A DNA stretch of 30,333 bases from Syntrophomonadaceae bacterium (GTDB lineage: Bacteria > Bacillota > Syntrophomonadia > Syntrophomonadales > Syntrophomonadaceae): positions 1 to 30,333 of the forward strand of contig DUSB01000034.1 in the NCBI GenBank assembly GCA_012840625.1, given 5' to 3'. Positions 8,176 through 16,731 of the stretch are shown piece by piece. The notes beneath the pieces are model-generated. The model was not told the origin of the DNA and did not search any database. It saw only the letters and a program-made list of their open reading frames with translations. The stretch's first letter is position 1; every line of letters starts with the position of its first letter. The position numbers were made by a program, and so were the translations under genes.

Positions 8176-9471
8176 ATGAAGAAAGTAGCCATGTTTGGTC
8201 TAGGTTTTGTGGGGCTCCCTCTGGCCTTGAGTTTTTCCATGCGGGGCTGCCAGGTCATTGGAGTAGATATTGATGAGGAGCTGGTCAGCCAGCTGAATCA
8301 GGGCCAAAGCCATCACCTGGAGTCCTATGAAGGCCGCGGCATTGAAGACATTCTACGTGAACAGCTGGATGCAGGCCGTTTTCGCGCCGTTACCGATGGC
8401 CGCATTGCCATGCAGGAATGTGATCACATCATCGTAACGGTAGGTATTCCGGTGGAAAAACAGGCTCATGATATGAAGCCGCTGCTGAGCGTATGCCACA
8501 CCATCGGTCAGGGTTTAAAAAAAGGCGATCTGGTCTTAATCCGCAGTACCGTTATTCCCGGTACTACCCGGGAGGTAATCCTGCCCATTCTGGAAGAAGA
8601 GAGCGGATTAAAAGCAGGCCAGGATTTTGATCTGGCCTATTCTTCGGAACGTATTGCTGAAGGCCGCGCTTTTCATGAATTTGAACATATGCCCGCTGCA
8701 CTGGCTGGTTGGGACGAAGAAGCTACCCGGCGCGCCTTTGAATTGATCTCCATAGTAACCAAGGCGCCTATTACACAGGCCAGCTGCATGGAAGTGGTGG
8801 AAACATCCAAGGTAATGGAGAATATCTCCCGGGATGTGAATATCGCTATGAGTAATGAATTTGCCCTTTTCTGTAAATCCATGGGCATCGATATTTTCGA
8901 AGTGATAGCGGTAGCTAATACCCATCAGCGGGTAAATCTTCTGACCCCGGGTCCAGGGGTAGGCGGGTATTGTCTGCCCAATGCGCTGTATTATCTCCTG
9001 CCCAAAGCCCAGGAATTAGATGTACCGCTGCGGCTGCTGACTACGGCGCGGCAGGTTAATGATGATATGCCCCGCTATGTAGCTGATTTGGTCCTGCGCA
9101 ACCTGCCGGTGGCACCATCCAAAGCGCGCATTGCGGTATTGGGATTAGCTATGAAGGATTATTCCAATGATGACCGCATGAGTCCAGCACTGGCCGTCAT
9201 TGAGGCGCTGCAGGAGGCGGGTTGTGAAGTGCGTGCCTTTGATCCCGCAGTTTCCTGCTCCTATCCGTTTAAGGTAGACAGTTTGGAAGAAGCGGTAAGC
9301 GGTGCGCATGGTATCGCAATTCTGGCTCGCCAGCATGGTATGGATACTATGAATCTGGATCTTTTCCAGCAGCTGATGGCTGATGATGGACAGCCCTTTA
9401 TCGTGGATACCAAGAATTTCTATGACCCTGAAATCGTCTGGAAGCAGGGTTTCAAACTGGAGCGGCTGTAG
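8176..9471 (+). CDS. UDP-N-acetylhexosamine 6-dehydrogenase (UDP-ManNAc/GlcNAc dehydrogenase family)
   Basis: Rossmann GLGFVGLP; RSTVIPGTT; SSERIAEG; catalytic-Cys motif GPGVGGYCLP; GLAMK..D.R.SP. Exact substrate cannot be read from the sequence. Confidence 0.88.
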   Translation: MKKVAMFGLGFVGLPLALSFSMRGCQVIGVDIDEELVSQLNQGQSHHLESYEGRGIEDILREQLDAGRFRAVTDGRIAMQECDHIIVTVGIPVEKQAHDMKPLLSVCHTIGQGLKKGDLVLIRSTVIPGTTREVILPILEEESGLKAGQDFDLAYSSERIAEGRAFHEFEHMPAALAGWDEEATRRAFELISIVTKAPITQASCMEVVETSKVMENISRDVNIAMSNEFALFCKSMGIDIFEVIAVANTHQRVNLLTPGPGVGGYCLPNALYYLLPKAQELDVPLRLLTTARQVNDDMPRYVADLVLRNLPVAPSKARIAVLGLAMKDYSNDDRMSPALAVIEALQEAGCEVRAFDPAVSCSYPFKVDSLEEAVSGAHGIAILARQHGMDTMNLDLFQQLMADDGQPFIVDTKNFYDPEIVWKQGFKLERL

Positions 9472-9503
9472 GTATTACGCTCCTCGAAGTGGAGTGAAGG
9501 AAG

Positions 9504-11054
9504 GTTTCCAATAAATCGATCGCAAGAGCGGCAGGCTGGCTCATGGTATTAAACGTGGTGGGTATGCTCCTGGGCTTCGTGCGTGAACAGGTGATTGCTG
9601 CCCGCTTCGGGACTACTATGCTGACCGACTCGTATGTCATGGCCTTTACCCTGCCTAACTTAATTTTTATTATTATAGGCGGCGCTCTGGCGACCGCCTT
9701 TATCCCTGTTTTTACCGATATATCTTTACATAAAAGCCGCCAGGATGCGGCACGGATGTCCAGTACTATTATCAATTTAACCCTGGTGACTATGGTATTA
9801 CTGGCCATACCCGGCATTGTGCTGGCGCCTTATCTGGTTTCCGCCATTGCTCCTGGCTTTACCGGTGAAACCCGGGATTTGACTATTCTGCTGACGCGGA
9901 TTATGTTTCCCTGCATTATTTTCATGAGTACCTCTCTGCTCCTGGGTGGGATTTTGAATGCATTAAAGCATTTTTCCGCACCGGCTCTCTATCCGGCTAT
10001 TTTTTCATCGGTTATCATTGTATCTGTTTACCTACTGTCCCCTGCTTACGGTGTGGTAGGTCTGGCGGTGGGAACACTGCTGGCAGCAGTGGTGCAGATG
10101 CTTTTTGCAGTGCCTTTTTTGCGGCGGCAGCGCATTCCCTATCATCTGGAGATCAAGCCTTCCCTGCCAGGGGTTAAACAGGTCTTTAATCTGATGCTGC
10201 CGGCTATGCTGGGAACCTCGATCAACCAGCTTTCAATTTTTATCGACCGTTTCCTGGCTTCCGGTCTGGTAGAAGGAAGCATTGCTGCCCTGAACTTTGC
10301 CAGCCGCCTGATGATGCTTCCTTATAACCTGTTTGTTAATGCTATCACTACCGCTGTTTTTCCCAGCCTGTCCGAAATGGCGGCTCGGGAAGACTATGCG
10401 GAGATGGGGCGCACCACCGTATTTGGCCTCAATCTGATACTATTCTTCACCATTCCGGCGGCGGTGGGTCTTTTTATCCTCTCTGAACCGGTGGTACGCC
10501 TGCTCTTTGAACATGGGGTTTTTGATGCGCGCTCTACCCAGATGACTGTTTTTGCCCTGCGTTTTTATATGCTGGCCATGGTATCACAGGGAGCCTATAC
10601 GGTTATGAACCGAACCTTCTTTGCCATGCAGGATACCAAAACCCCGGTCAAGATCAGTATGGTCGACGTAGCAGTTAATCTCACCATGAGTCTGCTACTG
10701 ATCGGTACTCTGCAGCATGGCGGACTGGCCCTGGGTACCTCCATCGGCACCACCGTCAACATGGTGCTGGTCTACATTTTCCTGCGGCGTCGCATCCAAA
10801 CACTGCCGGAAAAAAGACTGGCGCTTACCCTGGGCAAAATCATCCTGGCCTCCGCTATCATGGGGGCAGGAGTCTATTTCTTCGCCCTGGAACTGGGAAT
10901 GATGCTGGATTTGAGCCGGCTGTATAATCAGCTCATCCACGTTATCAGCAGCGTTGTCTTTGGAATCGTACTGTACGCGCTGGCCATTATCCCCATGAAA
11001 ATCGAAGAAGTCGATTACGTACGCACCCGCATCCGTGAACGCATCGGAGGCTAG
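9504..11054 (+). CDS. murJ: MurJ/MviN-family lipid-linked oligosaccharide flippase
   Basis: LLGFVREQVIAARFG, DSYVMAFTLPN, AFIPVF, DRFLASGL, ALNFASRL, FFAMQDTKTP motifs. First ATG is 9543, but the conserved N-terminal helix (SIARAAGWL) extends in-frame to a GTT at 9504. Confidence 0.9.
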   Translation, partial: VSNKSIARAAGWLMVLNVVGMLLGFVREQVIAARFGTTMLTDSYVMAFTLPNLIFIIIGGALATAFIPVFTDISLHKSRQDAARMSSTIINLTLVTMVLLAIPGIVLAPYLVSAIAPGFTGETRDLTILLTRIMFPCIIFMSTSLLLGGILNALKHFSAPALYPAIFSSVIIVSVYLLSPAYGVVGLAVGTLLAAVVQMLFAVPFLRRQRIPYHLEIKPSLPGVKQVFNLMLPAMLGTSINQLSIFIDRFLASGLVEGSIAALNFASRLMMLPYNLFVNAITTAVFPSLSEMAAREDYAEMGRTTVFGLNLILFFTIPAAVGLFILSEPVVRLLFEHGVFDARSTQMTVFALRFYMLAMVSQGAYTVMNRTFFAMQDTKTPVKISMVDVAVNLTMSLLLIGTLQHGGLALGTSIGTTVNMVLVYIFLRRRIQTLPEKRLALTLGKIILASAIMGAGVYFFALELGMMLDLSRLYNQLIHVISSVVFGIVLYALAIIPMKIEEVDYVRTRIRERIGG

Positions 11055-11097
11055 AAAGCTAGCATAAACCACCTCCGTATTCGTGGTTTACCATTGT

Positions 11098-11126
11098 TTG
11101 CAAAATGGGTTTTCCGGTTATATAAT
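11098..11126 (+). promoter_or_regulatory. sigmaA-type promoter of the HTH gene
   Basis: TTGCAA-17 nt-TATAAT. Confidence 0.75.
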
Positions 11127-11139
11127 AGTTATAGTGTTC

Positions 11140-11161
11140 TTGTGTACAACTTTGTGCGCAA
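11140..11161. promoter_or_regulatory. Candidate operator: tandem imperfect palindromes
   Basis: TTGTGTACAA-ct-TTGTGCGCAA between the predicted TSS and the RBS of the HTH gene. Confidence 0.5.
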
Positions 11162-11175
11162 GGTGGGAGGTCATT

Positions 11176-11706
11176 ATGGATTTTATTCGTATCCAGGACA
11201 AAATTATTAGCTATCAAAAGATCGATGAAACCCTGAAGAAGATACTGCAGCTCAGGGCGCGAGGACTGTCGCAGCAGGATGTAGCTGATCGGCTGCAGGT
11301 AGATCGAACCTTTATATCACGTCTGGAAGGAATAGGCGAACTGCGTAAAGGTCAGTCCATTGCCTGTATAGGTTTTCCCATTCTCAATAAGGAGGAAATA
11401 CATCAGGTTCTACAGCAGGAAGGCGTAGATTATATCCTGCTGATGACCGAAACGGAGCGTCTTGACTTTGTTAATCAGCGTTCAGGCAAAGAGCTTTTAA
11501 ACACGCTGATGGATCTCATTGGACAGGTGCGAAACTACCAGATTGCTATCTGTATTGGATCGGATGAGAGGATCAGGCTGATGAAGGGAGTACTTGATGC
11601 GGAGGTTATTTCCGTTATCATCGGAAGTTCTCCCCTTACGGAGGACAAATGGGTAGATCCGAATCAGATTCGCCACATTATCCATTCGATCAAATCAGCT
11701 CGCTAA
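11176..11706 (+). CDS. HTH transcriptional regulator with C-terminal alpha/beta domain
   Basis: LRARGLSQQDVADRLQVDRTFISRLE is an XRE-like HTH; ATG 11176 follows GGGAGG. Confidence 0.75.
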   Translation: MDFIRIQDKIISYQKIDETLKKILQLRARGLSQQDVADRLQVDRTFISRLEGIGELRKGQSIACIGFPILNKEEIHQVLQQEGVDYILLMTETERLDFVNQRSGKELLNTLMDLIGQVRNYQIAICIGSDERIRLMKGVLDAEVISVIIGSSPLTEDKWVDPNQIRHIIHSIKSAR

Positions 11707-11746
11707 AAACAGACCAGATGTGGTTTATAAATGAGGAGGCAGCAGT

Positions 11747-12661
11747 ATGAAACATATCGTAAGTGTAAGCCTGGGGTCAGATAAACGGGATCATTCGGTA
11801 GAAACTGAATTCATGGGGGAAAAATTTCTCATTGAACGTATTGGAACCAATGGGGATTTCGACAAAGCGATAGCCTTGATCAGGGAAATGGATGGGAAGG
11901 TAGATGCTTTCGGCATGGGAGGTATTGATCTTTATGTCTACATTGCCGACAAAAGCTATACCATTAAAGACGCCCAGCGTTTGGTGGCAGCTGCCAGAAA
12001 AACCCCCATCGTAGATGGGGGAGGACTCAAAAACACCCTGGAACGCAAATGCATCATGGAAGTACAGGAGCAGGGGATTGTGGATCTAAGAGGCAAAAAG
12101 GTGCTTATGGTTTGTGCCGTGGACCGTTTTGGCATGGCGGAAGCCTTTGAAGATGTTGGCGCCAAACTCATCATCGGTGACTTTATATATACAGTAGGGT
12201 TACCTATTCCTATTTATTCCCTGAAAACACTTAAATTTTTCGGCAGCATCGTGGCACCTTTTGTAGTCAGAATGCCCTTTGAAAAACTCTATCCTACTGG
12301 TGAACAGCAGAATGTTATCACCCCCAAGAACTCTAAATACTATCATAAAGCAGATGTGCTGGCCGGTGACTTCAACTACATCCGCCGCTGGCTGCCGGAG
12401 AAATTAGATGGTCAGGTGGTTATTACCAATACCACTACCGCTGATGATTTAGAAATGCTAAAAGAACGCGGCATCAGCAAAGTAATTACCACCACTCCTG
12501 ATATGGGAGGGCGTTCTTTTGGTACCAATGTAATAGAAGCCCTGATGATTACTCTTATGGGCAAGCCTCTGGACCAGATTTCTCCAGAAGATTATTATGC
12601 CATGCTGCAGGAACTGGATCTAAAACCCGGGGTAACCGACTTTACCCAGCAGACGGCCTGA
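11747..12661 (+). CDS. Conserved uncharacterised protein (family commonly labelled 'quinate 5-dehydrogenase')
   Basis: IVSVSLGS..RD, DAFGMGGIDLY, PIVDGGGLKNTLER, DRFGMAEAF, GRSFGTNVIEA recognised from memory of this family; strong RBS GAGGAGG. Function not established. Confidence 0.65.
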   Translation: MKHIVSVSLGSDKRDHSVETEFMGEKFLIERIGTNGDFDKAIALIREMDGKVDAFGMGGIDLYVYIADKSYTIKDAQRLVAAARKTPIVDGGGLKNTLERKCIMEVQEQGIVDLRGKKVLMVCAVDRFGMAEAFEDVGAKLIIGDFIYTVGLPIPIYSLKTLKFFGSIVAPFVVRMPFEKLYPTGEQQNVITPKNSKYYHKADVLAGDFNYIRRWLPEKLDGQVVITNTTTADDLEMLKERGISKVITTTPDMGGRSFGTNVIEALMITLMGKPLDQISPEDYYAMLQELDLKPGVTDFTQQTA

Positions 12662-12672
12662 AAGGAATAAAC

Positions 12673-12915
12673 TGTCACAGGGGAGGGTTCTCAATTATCG
12701 CCTTTCTTTTTTGCAATTTCAGCATTATGTAATGCGGGCAAGAAAGGCGATAATTGAGAACCCTCCCCTGTCGCATATAAAATAAGTGCTCATAAGCCCC
12801 CAGTTTGCATCATAGTATTTATCACCCCGGTAGAACACCGCCTGTATCAGCTTATGATAGGGTACCGTCCCCGGTTGCATAGAAATGCGACGGTTGAGAA
12901 CCGTTACCTGTCGCA
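12673..12915. repeat. Cluster of REP-like units including a perfect 32-bp inverted repeat
   Basis: Arms 12677-12708 and 12740-12771 (ACAGGGGAGGGTTCTCAATTATCGCCTTTCTT) around an inner GCATTA-TG-TAATGC palindrome. Further related half-units on the minus strand at 12861-12879 (TGCAACCGGGGACGGTACC) and 12896-12915 (TGCGACAGGTAACGGTTCTC). Confidence 0.85.
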
Positions 12916-12936
12916 GTTGGAGAGGGGGAGTGGGAA

Positions 12937-13911
12937 TTGGATCTGGATTTTGCCTTTTTTCATATGTCTGATCACAGCCGACCGGGCCTGGCAAGCCAGT
13001 TTTTTTTAAACCGCCTGCCGCCAGTGCTGTTTGCTCCGCGTATCGAAACCCTCCTGCGTTTACAGAATCCAGGGTGGCGCGGCTGCAATCTTTACCTGCC
13101 TATCGGTATGGATAACTGGCACTATCTGAAGCCTGAGCGCCAGGAATGGATTACCCGGCGTTCTGCTGCCATCCTGCAGCAGGACTGCGGTCTGGAGTCT
13201 ATGGCCGTAGACAGACGGCTGCTCGGCAGCTTGCAGTCACCAGCAGGTATTCAATGTTATTATGGGCATTCTTTTATTACCGCCCTGGCACTGGTATTGA
13301 CCGAAGAGGCTCTCCGCCGTCATGCTATCGAAAAAATAATTGTCCTGGGCGAAACCCCTGCTTTTGCAAGCTTTCTGGAACAGCTGCAGCAGTATGACCT
13401 GCCTGTGTCTATTCAGACTACCTGCCCCGGCCGCTACGAAGTTATGACTCATCGGTTTTTATATACAAAAGGTCTGGCTTTCAGCAATAGTTTGATTCGA
13501 CCGGAAAACTGGCAGAGCGGGGACTTGATTCTGGCCTTTTCAGAAGAGCATTATCGCATGGTAATGAGTTCGCCGGGGTGTTTTTGTATAGCCCTGCACA
13601 ATGAGCAGCACCATCTGGCCCCTGATTTAGAAGCAATTCTTACTCAGGCCCAGCTACCCCCCTGTCTGCATACTCTGGCTCCCATCCTGGAAACCTGCTT
13701 GTTACGGGAAGCAGGATTTATCCAAAAAAGTGGCGAATTACTAGATAACTCAAATTTATCAAACCCTTCCTTATATAGTGAGGCCGAAGGAGGCATGAGT
13801 GATCGCCAGCAGAATCAGGCCGACTTTATGGAAATTAAACGGCTGGGAGATGAACTTGACCTGTGGGATGCCTTCCTTGACAAGGAATCATCAGGTCTAT
13901 ATAATACCTAA
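12937..13911 (+). CDS. Hypothetical protein, possibly a diverged acyl-ACP-reductase/shikimate-dehydrogenase-like fold
   Basis: 324-aa ORF, TTG start after GGAGAGGGGGAG, fills the gap before greA. The N-terminal DFAFFH...NRLPP pattern and IIVLGE beta-strand only loosely recall that family. Confidence 0.6.
   Translation: MDLDFAFFHMSDHSRPGLASQFFLNRLPPVLFAPRIETLLRLQNPGWRGCNLYLPIGMDNWHYLKPERQEWITRRSAAILQQDCGLESMAVDRRLLGSLQSPAGIQCYYGHSFITALALVLTEEALRRHAIEKIIVLGETPAFASFLEQLQQYDLPVSIQTTCPGRYEVMTHRFLYTKGLAFSNSLIRPENWQSGDLILAFSEEHYRMVMSSPGCFCIALHNEQHHLAPDLEAILTQAQLPPCLHTLAPILETCLLREAGFIQKSGELLDNSNLSNPSLYSEAEGGMSDRQQNQADFMEIKRLGDELDLWDAFLDKESSGLYNT
13877..13905 (+). promoter_or_regulatory. Perfect-consensus sigmaA promoter for greA-lysS, inside the upstream CDS end
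   Basis: TTGACA-17 nt-TATAAT. Confidence 0.9.
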
Positions 13912-14094
13912 AAGGCTTAAGAGAGAAAGCGGAGAGTTGAAGATTCAGCCAAGGGAAAACAGTTTGTTTTCCCTTCACTCATTCAATGCAGGAAATAAAT
14001 ACAGCAGTCCAAATAGCCAACTCACCGCTGGGCCAGGAAATTCAGTCAACAATAAAATAACCGCGCTAATAGCGCGATTGATAGGAGCGATCAC
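13912..14094 (+). ncRNA. Candidate structured 5' leader of greA
   Basis: About 180-nt leader: helix 13928-13939/14018-14029 (11/12 paired), perfect 10-bp hairpin 13951-13975, hairpin CGCGCT-aat-AGCGCG before the RBS. Confidence 0.45.
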
Positions 14095-14580
14095 ATGGCT
14101 GAGAGAGAAGAAAGGGAAATTCTGCTGACCAAGGAAGGCCTTGATAAGCTAGAAGCAGAGCTTGAATATCTTAAATCCACCAAAAGGGAAGAATTGGCCG
14201 AACGTATTAAACAGGCCATTGCTTTTGGCGATATTACCGAAAACTCTGAGTATGAAGATGCGAAAAATGAGCAGGCCTTTGTAGAAGGACGTATTCTTTC
14301 TCTGGAAAAGACCCTGAAAAATTCCCGTTTGATGGAAGAAGATGATATCCGGGATGATGTGGTGACCCTGGGATCCCGGGTTACATTGGAGGAAATGAAA
14401 TCCGGCCGCCAGATGGATCTTTTACTGGTTTCTTCCGTTGAGTCAAAACTCAAGGATGGGAAGATATCCGATGAATCTCCGGTAGGAAAAGCTATCCTCG
14501 GCAAGACTGTTAATACTGAAGTTGAAGTCGAGGCTCCTGCAGGTATTATTCGTTATAAAATTATTAAGGTCGAACGGTAA
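14095..14580 (+). CDS. greA: Transcription elongation factor GreA
   Basis: LTKEGLDKLEAELEYLK, FGDITENSEYEDAK (acidic D/E retained), ISDESPVGKAILG. Confidence 0.97.
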   Translation: MAEREEREILLTKEGLDKLEAELEYLKSTKREELAERIKQAIAFGDITENSEYEDAKNEQAFVEGRILSLEKTLKNSRLMEEDDIRDDVVTLGSRVTLEEMKSGRQMDLLLVSSVESKLKDGKISDESPVGKAILGKTVNTEVEVEAPAGIIRYKIIKVER

Positions 14581-14682
14581 CAAGCTGCAGCCGAATTCCA
14601 ACCGGTCTGCGGGGTATAGATTCAGTCGCAGCCTTTTTCTTTCTAGTCATGCCCGGAGCAGAAGCGTTTTGCAAATTTATAG

Positions 14683-16188
<1,506 letters not shown>

Positions 16189-16254
16189 GTCAGGAACAGC
16201 CTGGGCTCTGTGCAAAGGTCCAAAGTAAGGCTACTGAACACAAAGGAGAAGAAG

Positions 16255-16653
16255 ATGTTTCATTATAGCTGGACATACAGGCTTCTGGCCGGGAGCTGGC
16301 TTTTAGGCTGGCTGGTTTCAACCCCGCCGGAAACAGAAACAGTTGCCTATGAATCAGTATTTAGCCCGCTAGTACGCCGGAGCGGCCAGGCTGTTCTGCA
16401 ATGGCTGTATAAATGCGGCGCCGTTCTGCGGCGCTGGGGCGAAGGCAGCTGGATACTGAATAACTGGCTGGGCTTGCTGGGTCTATTGATTGCAGGGCTG
16501 GGTCTGGGGCGCTTTATTACTGGTGCCGGTCTGCGTATACCAGCCATCCTGGTTCTCATCGGTATAGCCGTAGCGGTACAGGGCTTTCTACCTCTTGCAT
16601 GGCAGGGCAGTCGGGTTATGTCAGCATCTTACCGCCTGATACAAAGCGATTAA
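16255..16653 (+). CDS. Small hypothetical membrane protein
   Basis: ATG after AAAGGAG; Trp-rich amphipathic N-terminus and two hydrophobic segments. Confidence 0.6.
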   Translation: MFHYSWTYRLLAGSWLLGWLVSTPPETETVAYESVFSPLVRRSGQAVLQWLYKCGAVLRRWGEGSWILNNWLGLLGLLIAGLGLGRFITGAGLRIPAILVLIGIAVAVQGFLPLAWQGSRVMSASYRLIQSD

Positions 16654-16731
16654 GCGCGCATGCTGATAGAGGAAATAGAATAAAACACGATTCCTATCCC
16701 TGAATCAGCCCTGATGCGGTTCAGGGTTTAT

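Noticed and set aside
11083-11175. N-terminal extension of the HTH ORF
   Set aside because: It overlaps the promoter and operator; ATG 11176 has a strong RBS.
11747-12661. Functional call as a real quinate dehydrogenase
   Set aside because: No AroE/YdiB or PQQ-dehydrogenase motifs and no aromatic pathway context; the label is probably propagated misannotation.
13799-14128. 109-aa ORF across the greA leader
   Set aside because: Overlaps two genes in other frames and spans a consensus promoter; no RBS support.
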